Assembly: GCA_963977015.1 (NCBI GenBank)
Contig: CAXBMO010000004.1
Span: forward strand, 389,061 to 453,060
DNA: 64,000 nt
Reading direction: 5' to 3'
Origin: an uncultured bacterium
GTDB taxonomy: Bacteria; Verrucomicrobiota; Verrucomicrobiia; Verrucomicrobiales; DEV007
Shown: positions 1-9,093 of the stretch, one piece after another
How positions within the stretch are numbered: position 1 is the first letter of the stretch
Layout of the letters: each line of letters starts with the position of its first letter
Made by a program: the position numbers and the translations under genes
The notes under the pieces: model-generated
Databases searched by the model: none
What the model saw: only the letters and a program-made list of their open reading frames with translations
What the model was told of the DNA's origin: nothing

Positions 1-44
1 TCCTCATCTTTCCTCCGTGTCCTTTCAAACTCACCCCGTTTTCG

Positions 45-1490
45 ATGAGCACCTTTCTTCACCCCCATCCCAATCGCCGAGCCATGATTCGCGCCGGAGG
101 TATCGGGTTGCTCGGACTGGGAAGCAGCCATCTTGGACTGCTCAATTCCCTGGCGGATGAAGGCGGCCAACCCGCGATTCCGCCCACGGCGAAAAACGTC
201 ATCTACATCTTCCTCAGCGGTGGTCTCGCCCAGCACGAGAGCTTCGACATGAAGCCCAATGCGCCCGCCAATATCCGGGGCGAGTTTCGCGAAATCTCGA
301 CCCGAACGCCCGGGCTCCGCATTTGCGAGCATCTCCCGGAACTGGCAAAGCGGAGCGAAATGTGGTCGCTCTGTCGCTCGCTGACCCATTCGTCGAACGA
401 ACACTCCCACGGTCACCACATCATGTTGACGGGACGCTCCGACCTTCCTGATGGTTTCGATCCCACCAAGCCCAAGGAGAGCGACTGGCCCTCGATTGCG
501 GCAATCGCAAATCAGGTGGCCCCGGCCCCCAACAATCTGCCGCCGGCGATCGTGCTTCCAGACAAAATCGTCCACCGCACCGGACGGACGCTCCCGGGCC
601 AATTCGCCGGTCAAATGGGCCCCAGCCGCGATCCCTTCTTTCTCGAAGCCAGTCGCTACAACGCCGCCAGCTACGGCGCCTACCCCAACTACCTTTTCCA
701 CCACGAAACCGGTCAGCAGAACGGTGACCATTTCCGGTTTGATGCGCCCAGCCTCACCTTGCCGGAGGGAATGGACCTCGAGCGTCTGCGCGATCGCCTC
801 GGGCTCCTCGAACACCTGAATCACCAGCAGGCCGGGCTCGAGAACATGCTCGAAACCCAGCCGCACGATCGCTACCAATCCATTGCCGCCGACCTCCTCT
901 TCGATGAAAAGAGCAAAGCCGCGTTCGACGTCCACAGCGCTGATCCCAAACTTCAGGACGCTTACGGTCGCAACGCCTTCGGTTGGTCCCTCCTCCTGTC
1001 GCGTCAACTGGTCGAAGCCGGGGTGCGCCTTGTTCAGGTGAATCTCGGGAACAACGAAACCTGGGACACTCACCAGGCCGCCTTCCCCAATCTCAAGAAC
1101 TTCCTCCTCCCACCCATGGACCAGGCTGTTTCCGCCTTGTTGGATGATCTGCAATCCCGCGGGTTGTTGGAAGAGACGCTGGTCGTGATGGCGAGCGAGT
1201 TTGGGCGAACGCCCAAGGTCTTTACCCTGGCAGGCAAGAAGCTTCCCGGCCGCGATCATTGGGGCGCGGTCCAGAGCGTCTTTCTTGCCGGAGGCGGAAT
1301 TCAGGGCGGTCGAGTCATCGGCTCTTCCGACAAGTTCGGCGGCTACCCGGCCAGCTCCCCCCAAACGCCGGAGAACTTCGCCGCGACCATTTACCAGGCA
1401 CTCGGCTTACCCAAATCCGTCAAATGGCACGACCCCATCGATCGGCCGCATTTCGTCTATCACGGCGATCCGATTCCGGGACTGACCTGA
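45..1490 (+). CDS. DUF1501 domain-containing protein (Tat-like leader, sulfatase-like fold)
   Basis: NRRAMIRAGG leader; IYIFLSGGLAQHESFDMKP, WDTH, SEFGRTPK, GRDHW motifs typical of DUF1501. Confidence 0.9.
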   Translation: MSTFLHPHPNRRAMIRAGGIGLLGLGSSHLGLLNSLADEGGQPAIPPTAKNVIYIFLSGGLAQHESFDMKPNAPANIRGEFREISTRTPGLRICEHLPELAKRSEMWSLCRSLTHSSNEHSHGHHIMLTGRSDLPDGFDPTKPKESDWPSIAAIANQVAPAPNNLPPAIVLPDKIVHRTGRTLPGQFAGQMGPSRDPFFLEASRYNAASYGAYPNYLFHHETGQQNGDHFRFDAPSLTLPEGMDLERLRDRLGLLEHLNHQQAGLENMLETQPHDRYQSIAADLLFDEKSKAAFDVHSADPKLQDAYGRNAFGWSLLLSRQLVEAGVRLVQVNLGNNETWDTHQAAFPNLKNFLLPPMDQAVSALLDDLQSRGLLEETLVVMASEFGRTPKVFTLAGKKLPGRDHWGAVQSVFLAGGGIQGGRVIGSSDKFGGYPASSPQTPENFAATIYQALGLPKSVKWHDPIDRPHFVYHGDPIPGLT

Positions 1491-1587
1491 CTCTCTTGTC
1501 CGCGACACAACGGTTCTGCGTTTGGCCCAACCCACTGGGAAGAAAAGATGGCCGCGTAGTAGCTGCCCTCTTCCCCGCCAGAATCAC

Positions 1588-2322
1588 TCATAATTCTTTG
1601 ATCCGGACATTGCGAAACTGCACCAAGCTGGAAGCGCCACTCCAAGTGTCCTTCGCCGCGTGATAACCTCCATGATGCTGCAACGCGATGGGACCACTTT
1701 CCGGCACTCCCGGCAAGTGAGCCTTCTCGATCACAGTCTGATCGTTCAACACCACCGTGAGGCGATCGCCCTTCACCGTAATCACAAACGTGTTCCACTC
1801 GCCGACAGGCTTGTCCGCATTGACTTTGGGAGTCACGCCAGCCCTCACCTCGGCGCTCTGTTTGCCATCATTGCGATAACCATACACCTCACCGGAGCCA
1901 ATCGGCCAACACCAGATGTTCACTTGCGCCTTCGGGAAGCCACGCGTCAGGATTCCGGAGTCGGCTCCGGGCTGCGGATTCACGATGCGCTTCCCGTCCT
2001 CACCCAACTTATACGAACCATCGGGCAGAATCACCGGAACTTGGTAGATCCCTTTCTTCTCCTTGATTCGCCACTCCACATGCAGCGTAAAATCGCCATA
2101 AGCCTTCTCCGTCCAGAGATTCTTGTCGCCTTTGATCGCGGCATCCGGCTGACAATCGATCACCCCATCTTTCACCGACCAAATTCCTTCAGCGCCCTCC
2201 GCCTTCACAATCCAACCGCTCAGATCCTCGCCATTGAACAACGACGTCCAACCCTCCCCTGCTTGAGCAAGGGTCGCCAAAGAAAACAAGAAAGGAACTG
2301 CAACGATGAAGGGATTTTTCAT
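1588..2322 (-). CDS. DUF1080 / 3-keto-disaccharide hydrolase family secreted protein
   Basis: Signal peptide; WTSLFNGEDLSGW, DSGI, GEWNTF, IALQHH, FRNVRIKEL motifs. Confidence 0.9.
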   Translation of the reverse strand: MKNPFIVAVPFLFSLATLAQAGEGWTSLFNGEDLSGWIVKAEGAEGIWSVKDGVIDCQPDAAIKGDKNLWTEKAYGDFTLHVEWRIKEKKGIYQVPVILPDGSYKLGEDGKRIVNPQPGADSGILTRGFPKAQVNIWCWPIGSGEVYGYRNDGKQSAEVRAGVTPKVNADKPVGEWNTFVITVKGDRLTVVLNDQTVIEKAHLPGVPESGPIALQHHGGYHAAKDTWSGASSLVQFRNVRIKEL

Positions 2323-2358
2323 CCTGAAACAGGGACTCCCCTGCCCGGCTCGTCAAGT

Positions 2359-3444
2359 TCATGAATCGGCTTCCGATGACGAGGTCATGATCTTGGCGAC
2401 ATACGGTGAGGTCATCGCTCGAAGCAGGGCGCTGTAGTCGAGCTGAAAGGGAATCTCGGCGCCAACGGTCAGGGCTTCATGACCGCGGACCGAATTCACA
2501 ATCAGGTGATCACTGCTGGCGGCCACGATCTCGATGCCGGGTGGCGCCTTGAGGCCGGCCGGATCAATGTCCTGACGCCCGATCGCGAGAATCGATTGGG
2601 ACATGAGTCCGCCATCAGGTCTCGGTTTCACGACGCCAAACGCGGACTGCGCCACCTCGCCCCAGGGTTTGGAAGGCTTGATCTTCGACTCGATCACTTC
2701 GGCAAACAAGGTGATCGCATCGGTATGCAACCCCTTGATTGGTTGCCGGTGAAGAGGCTCACACCCGAGCAGCATCGCTTCGCCCAATCGGAGATTATTG
2801 ATGCGCCCGGTGTCGGCTCCGCCCAGCGCCCAATCAAGGTTGGCGGAGTTTCCGCCGGAGACGATGCTGACAATCCCGCCAAAGGTGGCGTCGACCGAAT
2901 CCGCCAAGGCGGAGAGATCGCCCATGTTCTTCGTGTCGGGTGAGACTCCGCTGCGGCAAGCGAGGTTCGTCCCGATCCCCTTGAACGCGATGTTCGGGAG
3001 GCACAACGCTTCGCGCACCGATTCCTCCAGGAGGTCGGGCATGATGCCTTCGCGGAGGTCTCCCAATTCGATCATGAGCACGACCCCATGCATGACATTC
3101 ATCTCTTGAGCGGCGGAAGACAGCTTGCGGATGACGGCCAATTCCGTGTTGAAGCTGACATCGGCAAGCGCAACGACCTTCTCTGCCTGACTCGCCATCG
3201 GCGTGCGGATGAGCGTCATCGATGCCGAAACGTAAGCGTTGCGCATCGATTCGATGTTCTCAACGCGGGAGTCACCAAGACCGGCTACACCAGCCCGAAG
3301 CCACACGTTTGCAATCTCTGGTAGACCCAGTGTCGACTTCGTTACGCCGGTGACGGAGATCCCACGCTGGCCGAGCCGTTGGACCAGGGTGAGAGCATTG
3401 TGATGGAGTTTTTCGAGATCGATCTGTAACCGCGGTGCGGTCAT
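2359..3444 (-). CDS. PLP-dependent alanine/ornithine racemase family protein
   Basis: GVTK (PLP lysine), GDSRVEN, ELGDLREG, SGGNS, LRLGEA, SSDHL motifs; 4-nt overlap with upstream DUF1611 gene. Confidence 0.85.
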   Translation of the reverse strand: MTAPRLQIDLEKLHHNALTLVQRLGQRGISVTGVTKSTLGLPEIANVWLRAGVAGLGDSRVENIESMRNAYVSASMTLIRTPMASQAEKVVALADVSFNTELAVIRKLSSAAQEMNVMHGVVLMIELGDLREGIMPDLLEESVREALCLPNIAFKGIGTNLACRSGVSPDTKNMGDLSALADSVDATFGGIVSIVSGGNSANLDWALGGADTGRINNLRLGEAMLLGCEPLHRQPIKGLHTDAITLFAEVIESKIKPSKPWGEVAQSAFGVVKPRPDGGLMSQSILAIGRQDIDPAGLKAPPGIEIVAASSDHLIVNSVRGHEALTVGAEIPFQLDYSALLRAMTSPYVAKIMTSSSEADS

Positions 3445-4643
3445 GCGGCCCCAGCCGCGACGCTCCCCCGAATATCCGGGAACGCCGAAAGCACCATCTC
3501 CACCAACCGCTCAGGAGACCGCGTCAGCGCGTCGGTCACGGGGATTCCCAATTCGCGCTCATACTTTACGATCGCAGCGGAAACCTCCGCATCGGTCATG
3601 TGTTCGTGGTTGATGGTCATGCCAATGACCTTGGTCGCGGCAAAGGTCTCGATCAGGTTGATCTCGCTCGCCGGAGTCGGCATCGCCATCTTGTCGAAGT
3701 CGCATCGATACTGTCTTCCCGGTGCGTGTTGCAGGACAACGCCGTCAGGACAACTGCCCCGGATGATGAAACTGGACGTCGAATAGGCGGGATGACTCAG
3801 CGCCCCCTGACCTTCGATCAGGATGACATCGGGATTCTCCTTCTCAAACGCTTCCACGATCGTGGCTTCCAGCTCGCCCGCGCAAAATTGGGAGGGAACC
3901 GCATCAAGAGCCATGCCGTAGCGAGCTCCCTGGATCAATCCGGTTTGACCGGTGCCAATCATGACGGCTCTGACTCCATGCTCTTCGAGAGCGCGGGCCA
4001 TCACGGTGGCCGTCGTGCGTTTCCCAATGGCGCAGTCCGTGCCAAGCACGGCAATGACCGGACAGGTAACCTCCGCAATGCGACCGGTGAAAACGCGAAG
4101 ATCTTTCTTGTCGCGAGGCCTTCGCACATCACGAATCACCACCTTGGATTTGGCAGACGCAGCGGCAAACTCCGGATCGTCATTCAAGAACTCATGAAGT
4201 CCATTCACAATGTTCATGCCAAGCTCAATGGCTCTCAGCATGAGCTTTCGTTCGGTAGGCGAAAGCATTCCCGTCGCCGGAGCGATCCCAAAAATGAAAT
4301 AGTCAGGGATGCGGTCCGCATGCGCCAAGGCCTCATCCAGATCCCGATAAATGGGGATTCCATTCGGTTTGTCATCAAGAACCGCACCGGTGTCCTGCCC
4401 CGCCTTCCCACTATCGATCACCGAAAGAATTTCGTATTTCTCCGAGTGCCGAACCAGTCCATTCGCCGTCTTTCCGTCGATGTTCCCGAAGTTGGCTTCG
4501 CAATAAACGATTGCGGTGGCGGATTGAAGGAGATCAACGATTGGCCGATACCGGGGCCGCTTGGTCAACTTGCGGTGAACTCCGGGACGCTGAGACGACA
4601 GACGAGGCTTCGGTGAAGCCGAAAAGGGTGGGTTTGTAGACAT
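3441..4643 (-). CDS. DUF1611 family P-loop protein (DgcN-like)
   Basis: GKTANGL, NGLHEFL, GTDCAIGKRTT, TGQTG, IEGQGALSHPAY motifs; ATG at 4643 preceded by GAGGAG. Confidence 0.85.
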   Translation of the reverse strand: MSTNPPFSASPKPRLSSQRPGVHRKLTKRPRYRPIVDLLQSATAIVYCEANFGNIDGKTANGLVRHSEKYEILSVIDSGKAGQDTGAVLDDKPNGIPIYRDLDEALAHADRIPDYFIFGIAPATGMLSPTERKLMLRAIELGMNIVNGLHEFLNDDPEFAAASAKSKVVIRDVRRPRDKKDLRVFTGRIAEVTCPVIAVLGTDCAIGKRTTATVMARALEEHGVRAVMIGTGQTGLIQGARYGMALDAVPSQFCAGELEATIVEAFEKENPDVILIEGQGALSHPAYSTSSFIIRGSCPDGVVLQHAPGRQYRCDFDKMAMPTPASEINLIETFAATKVIGMTINHEHMTDAEVSAAIVKYERELGIPVTDALTRSPERLVEMVLSAFPDIRGSVAAGAA

Positions 4644-4922
4644 GGATACTCCTCGAGCTAGGCTCAGAGGAGGCGACGGGATCGAGTCGACCGGAATTGG
4701 TCGAAAGTCAGCGAGAGGTCCCCACCAAGTTGGACTTGTGGATCCACTGTTACCACACACTGGTTGCCGCGTATAGGTTTACTTTCCGGCAACCCAATTC
4801 CCGCGATGCGATTTTCCAGGTTCCAGAAGCCGGCACCGTCCCCGCTCTTTCCCCACCCTGCCACGCTTGACAAGTTCACAGGCTCCCCACATTCTGCATC
4901 GGCCCTTCCGCAGATCACGGAG

Positions 4923-7088
4923 ATGACACCATTCCCACCAGACTATCAGCCCTCTCCCTTCTCGCTGCTTCTTCATCGGGGATGGATGCTAGTGCTCTTG
5001 CTGAACGCGCTCCTTCTCGGGCTCGCATCAGGATCTGACGAACTTCAAGGCGAAGATCCCGATTCCAGGAAACCCTACCAGGTCGCGGTGATCACCAGCA
5101 GTCAGGAAGGTTCCATCTCCACCACGATCGAAGCGATCAAGCGGTTTCTCGAAGCGGAAGCTCGCGACATCAATCGCGCCGGTGGGATTTCCGGCACGCC
5201 CATCAAACTCGTTTTCTATGACGACAACGAGGATGCCGAGCAAACCAAGGCCAAAGTCGAGGAAGCGCTCGGCGAAGAACGACTGATTGCAATGCTTGGA
5301 TTGTGGAGCTCATCCCGCGGGGCCGGGGTCCTCGATCTCATCGGCAGGAGCGGAGTTCCCTTCATCTCCGAAATCTCCCTGGATCAGCTTTTCCGAAGTC
5401 ATGACAACATCTTCACCCTAACCACTTCCGTCAGCGACGACACCCAGTTGTTTCGGCGCTTTCTTGCCGAAAATTTTTCCAGCGTTCAATTCGTCGGCGT
5501 GAACGACGACCTCTTCACCCTCGAGTTTCATCAGGCACTCGATGAGCTGAAAGGCACGTTGCAGATCATGGACGAACTTTGGGTCGACTCCAACAACGAG
5601 CTTTCCCAATCCGCCCTTGATGAAATCATCGCCGCCATCCGCGAACGCCAACCTTCCATCATCTGCATGGCGGCGGGAAGCTTCCGTGGAAGCGTCATTC
5701 TTCAGGCACTTGCCGAAGCCGACATCGATACACCCGTCTATTTTGCCACGGGCACGATCCAGCGGGTCTTGCGAAATCTGGATGGTGTCGATTACCGCGG
5801 AGCGCTCTATCAAAACAGCACGGATATCCCGTTTGTGGAAAACGAGCGCCTCGCTCAGATCCAACGTCACCCGGAATTCATCTCCCGACGCATCGACTAC
5901 TCCAATGACGACCTGGCCTACGGCTTTAGTTACGCCGACATGCTGGCCATGATTGCGGATGCCGCGAAGGACGCTCCTGACCTGAACCCCACCGGCCTGC
6001 GATCCCACATCAGTTCCCGGCTCCGGGAGATCAAAGCCGGTCAGCAGTTCTACGAAGGGGTCTGGCGCAACTGGGCCTTTACCAAGAATCGGGCCGTCTC
6101 ACAAGACAAGCTCCTTCACTGGCGCCCCAAGAACAGCCAGGACCTCAAGCTGTTCCCCACTCAATACCAGGCAAAACCAACCGGCCTCAGCCAGGTTCCC
6201 GTCGTTTATCTCAACATCGATATGGAGCAAATCCGATCGGTGGATAGTATGGAGAAGACGTTCGACGCGGACTTCTATATTTCCATGACCAGCAATCAGG
6301 AGATCACGCTGGACGACTTTGAATTCACCAATGCCTATCGCAGTAGCGGCAGCGGCGCGCCTCTCATCTCGAATCGCAATCTCAAGACGACCCAAATTCC
6401 CGGCAGCTCTGAAGTGCAACGGCTTTACAAAGTCTCCGGGCGTTTTCTCTTTGATCCAGACCTCGGAGACTACCCGTTCGACGAACAGCGATTCTCCATC
6501 TCGTTTCAACCGACCAACACCACCAGTCCCTTTCTGATTCAACCACCTCCCCCGACCCTGCGCGAGGATCGATTCGACATCGATGGATGGACCCTGTCTG
6601 AGGACGTCGGCTACGTCGGCACGGAAGAGGACATCATCTCCACCTTCCAGGATTACGGCTCCGGTCGCAGCATCCTCGCCTTCCACAAATTCAACTTCAC
6701 CTGGACCGCGCAACGCTACGTGCTGGACTACTACCTCCGCGTCGTCATCCCGCTCGCCCTCATTATGGTCGTCGCCTACTTCTCCGTCTTCATCCCGAAT
6801 TCCAAGTTCGACAGCGTCATCGCCATCCAGGTAACCGCACTCCTCTCCACCATCGCCCTCTACCTCGCCATCCCTAAAATGGACTCGGAGACCGCGACCA
6901 TGTCGGACCAGATCTTCCTCTTCACCGAAGCCGTCATCGGCCTCATGATCGCCTTCTCGATTTTGCGGGTGAACATCCCCAAACGCCTCCGCGTCCCGGC
7001 CACCCTCATCATGCTGGCCCAGGTCATCACCGTTCCCGTCCTCGTGCTCCTCATGGTCCGCTACGTCTGGATGGTTCAGGTTGGGTGA
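4923..7088 (+). CDS. Pentameric ligand-gated ion channel (Pro-loop family) with N-terminal type 1 periplasmic binding domain
   Basis: N-terminal INRAGGISGTPIKLVFYDD (LivJ-like binding protein); then beta-rich ECD with TFDADFY and DYPFDEQ; four C-terminal TM helices. Start 4923 or 4986. Confidence 0.8.
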   Translation: MTPFPPDYQPSPFSLLLHRGWMLVLLLNALLLGLASGSDELQGEDPDSRKPYQVAVITSSQEGSISTTIEAIKRFLEAEARDINRAGGISGTPIKLVFYDDNEDAEQTKAKVEEALGEERLIAMLGLWSSSRGAGVLDLIGRSGVPFISEISLDQLFRSHDNIFTLTTSVSDDTQLFRRFLAENFSSVQFVGVNDDLFTLEFHQALDELKGTLQIMDELWVDSNNELSQSALDEIIAAIRERQPSIICMAAGSFRGSVILQALAEADIDTPVYFATGTIQRVLRNLDGVDYRGALYQNSTDIPFVENERLAQIQRHPEFISRRIDYSNDDLAYGFSYADMLAMIADAAKDAPDLNPTGLRSHISSRLREIKAGQQFYEGVWRNWAFTKNRAVSQDKLLHWRPKNSQDLKLFPTQYQAKPTGLSQVPVVYLNIDMEQIRSVDSMEKTFDADFYISMTSNQEITLDDFEFTNAYRSSGSGAPLISNRNLKTTQIPGSSEVQRLYKVSGRFLFDPDLGDYPFDEQRFSISFQPTNTTSPFLIQPPPPTLREDRFDIDGWTLSEDVGYVGTEEDIISTFQDYGSGRSILAFHKFNFTWTAQRYVLDYYLRVVIPLALIMVVAYFSVFIPNSKFDSVIAIQVTALLSTIALYLAIPKMDSETATMSDQIFLFTEAVIGLMIAFSILRVNIPKRLRVPATLIMLAQVITVPVLVLLMVRYVWMVQVG

Positions 7089-7329
7089 CGTTCGGGCAGG
7101 CATCCTGCCATTACCAATTTGTCACCGACAAACGGGTAACCGATTGATCCCCCCCGCACGAACTTTCCTCCAAAACGTCCCTTGACCGTTCCGCCCATCT
7201 CGGATTCTCTATGCGGTATGCAAAGCAGGTTCACGACGGTTTCACCCCATCAGCCCAGCGCCGAATCCCGTGGCAAACTTCCAGACGTTATTTGACACTT
7301 CTGTCACCTGTAAAACGTTATCCCTAAAA

Positions 7330-7926
7330 ATGCTTACCCGGTTCCGCGATAAATATGGCGAGGGCGAAGGTGCCAGCGACGAGCTGAACCCTGCTTTCCT
7401 ATCACCACTTGAGGAACGAGCCATTGGCATCACGGAGCTTCTCAGTTCTTCAGGAGGCGCAACCTTTGCGAATGGTCTTTATCGCCTTCACGGGGCTGGA
7501 GACATCGGGGCTTGGACGAAAAACGTCGAAGCTACGTTCCCTGAGTATGAGGGGGCGTTGGTTTGTTTCGGATATGATTGGCTCGGCCGACACTTCGCTC
7601 TTGATACCACAACGGACAAAGGACAGTGGCAGATTTTACTCATCGAGCCAGGTGCTGGGGAAGCGATGCAGATTCCCAGCTCATTTGCGGATTTCCACAA
7701 CATTGAATTAGTTGAGTATGCTTCAGATGCGCTCGCTGAACCGTTTTTTATAGAGTGGCTTTCTTCGGGTGGCGCATTTCCAAAACCCACAGAGTGTATC
7801 GCTTACAAGACACCACTCTTCCTGAATGGATCAGATACTATTGAGAATTTGGAGGTCTCTGATATGGACGTGTATTGGCATTTGTGCGGTCAACTTCGCC
7901 AATCAATCACAACCGGATTAGGGTAG
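7330..7926 (+). CDS. Tdi1/DUF1851-like toxin immunity protein (gene cassette 1)
   Basis: GLYRLH, FGYDWLGRHF, C-x-AYKTPLFLNGSDTIENLEVSDMDVYW resemble the GAD-like/DUF1851 immunity family; lower GC than flanks. Confidence 0.7.
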   Translation: MLTRFRDKYGEGEGASDELNPAFLSPLEERAIGITELLSSSGGATFANGLYRLHGAGDIGAWTKNVEATFPEYEGALVCFGYDWLGRHFALDTTTDKGQWQILLIEPGAGEAMQIPSSFADFHNIELVEYASDALAEPFFIEWLSSGGAFPKPTECIAYKTPLFLNGSDTIENLEVSDMDVYWHLCGQLRQSITTGLG

Positions 7927-8961
7927 GCCCAGGGTTTGAACCGGTTTGAACCTGCCCTCCACACCACGGGACATGCGGGTCCGCACGCGGCGGTTCCAGT
8001 CAGTCATGCAAGTCCCCGTGGACCAGGCAAGGGCGCCATCTCCATGAACTCTCTTGGATGCTTTGAATTGGTTTTCAGTTTGAGTATCTGACTCGCTTCG
8101 CTCGGCTCTCTGCCCGCAACCCTACTCGGTTTGTGGCTCGCCCAATCGGGTTCAACGCCTTGAGCAGGTGCTCGGGTCGGTTCATCCGATTGGTTCGGTC
8201 CTTCATCGGGTGGATCCTCCGTTGGGCGCAAGCGCCGTCCAGTTCGTTTCCGCCATTTGGTGAGCCCTCCGGTTTCTTAGTTTAAACGGGCGATTCAACA
8301 CCCCCGGCTCGTCTTCCACGACTACTACGACCTCGGCTGACATTTACCTCCGGGACTGAATGAGGGAATTTCGCTGTGTTGTGCTAGCTCGTTCCATCCC
8401 GTCGGTCTCGGATGAGGTTCTTGTTCATCGGCTGATGGCTTTGATGTCGCTTTGGCGCTCCACTCTCCGGGCAGCCCAATGGCTGTCGGTGTCCGCTTCG
8501 CTCCCATTCCCATAACCTGCCTCCCCACATTCGGTTACCCGGCCGCAGTTGGCCTCTGCTAGTTCTTTGCATCCTTCAGATGTTCATTCTATAAACAGGG
8601 GACTTGAACGAATGGCGCAAAGATAAGCGGGGTCATCGATAAACTTAGCCGGGTCTCCACAGGGATTTATTCCCGTGGAACAGAGACCACCCACCAGACC
8701 ATTTCCATCCATACGCTCGCCCCGGCTGGCCTTGCGCCAGTCGAGCGCTGACGCCGTTTGGCACCGTCAAAACCCAGTTCGTGTGGCTGGAAGGAGTCAG
8801 CGCTCCACCGGCATGAAGCCGGTGGGGGCGATGGGTTTCAGGAGGCGGTTCTGGTGGTTGATCGAGCACCCACCGGGGCGAGCCCGGAGGAGAGCTAAGG
8901 TGGTTAACCTTGCGCCATTCGGACTTGAACCCCTTTTGGTTTCAGCCCATGCTGGACGTAC
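7917..8961 (-). mobile_element. ORF-less group IIC intron inserted in an attC site
   Basis: Minus strand: 5' end GTACGTCCAGCATGGG after exon TTGT; GTCAGCCGAGGTCGTAGTAG and GAAGGACCGAAC (DII/DIII landmarks); DV GAACCGCCGCGTGCGGACCCGCATGTCCCGTGGTG with CGC triad; DVI ending CCTACCC. No RT ORF. 3' boundary uncertain (7917-7921). Confidence 0.85.
8610..8920. mobile_element. 311-bp non-autonomous element (MITE, IS4-like ends) nested in the intron
   Basis: Terminal inverted repeats GAATGGCGCAA...TTGCGCCATTC (15/17 when extended); perfect 10-bp direct repeat GGACTTGAAC at 8600-8609 and 8921-8930. Confidence 0.85.
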
Positions 8962-9084
8962 ACAATGCGCCGCACACAGACACGGACCCTGGGGAGTTAT
9001 CAGAAGGCACCTCACTCACAACATTCGTCAGCCTGCTGCGAACTGCTCCCCCTCGGTCCTTACTGGTCAGCGCTGACGTTCTGC
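8962..9084 (+). other. attC site 1 (right part; R'' box split by the intron)
   Basis: ACAATGCGCCGCAC..GGACCCTGGGGAG pairs imperfectly with CTCCCCCTCGGTCC..GGTCAGCGCTGACGTT; R' GTTCTGC at 9078-9084. Confidence 0.75.
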
Positions 9085-9093
9085 TTTTAAGTC

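Noticed and set aside
4644-4760. Riboswitch in the DUF1611 leader
   Set aside because: Only a small hairpin (TCGACC/GGTCGA); no recognisable aptamer consensus
8004-8231. 75-aa minus-strand ORF within the intron as a maturase/RT
   Set aside because: No RT motifs (no YADD); it overlaps structural domain III
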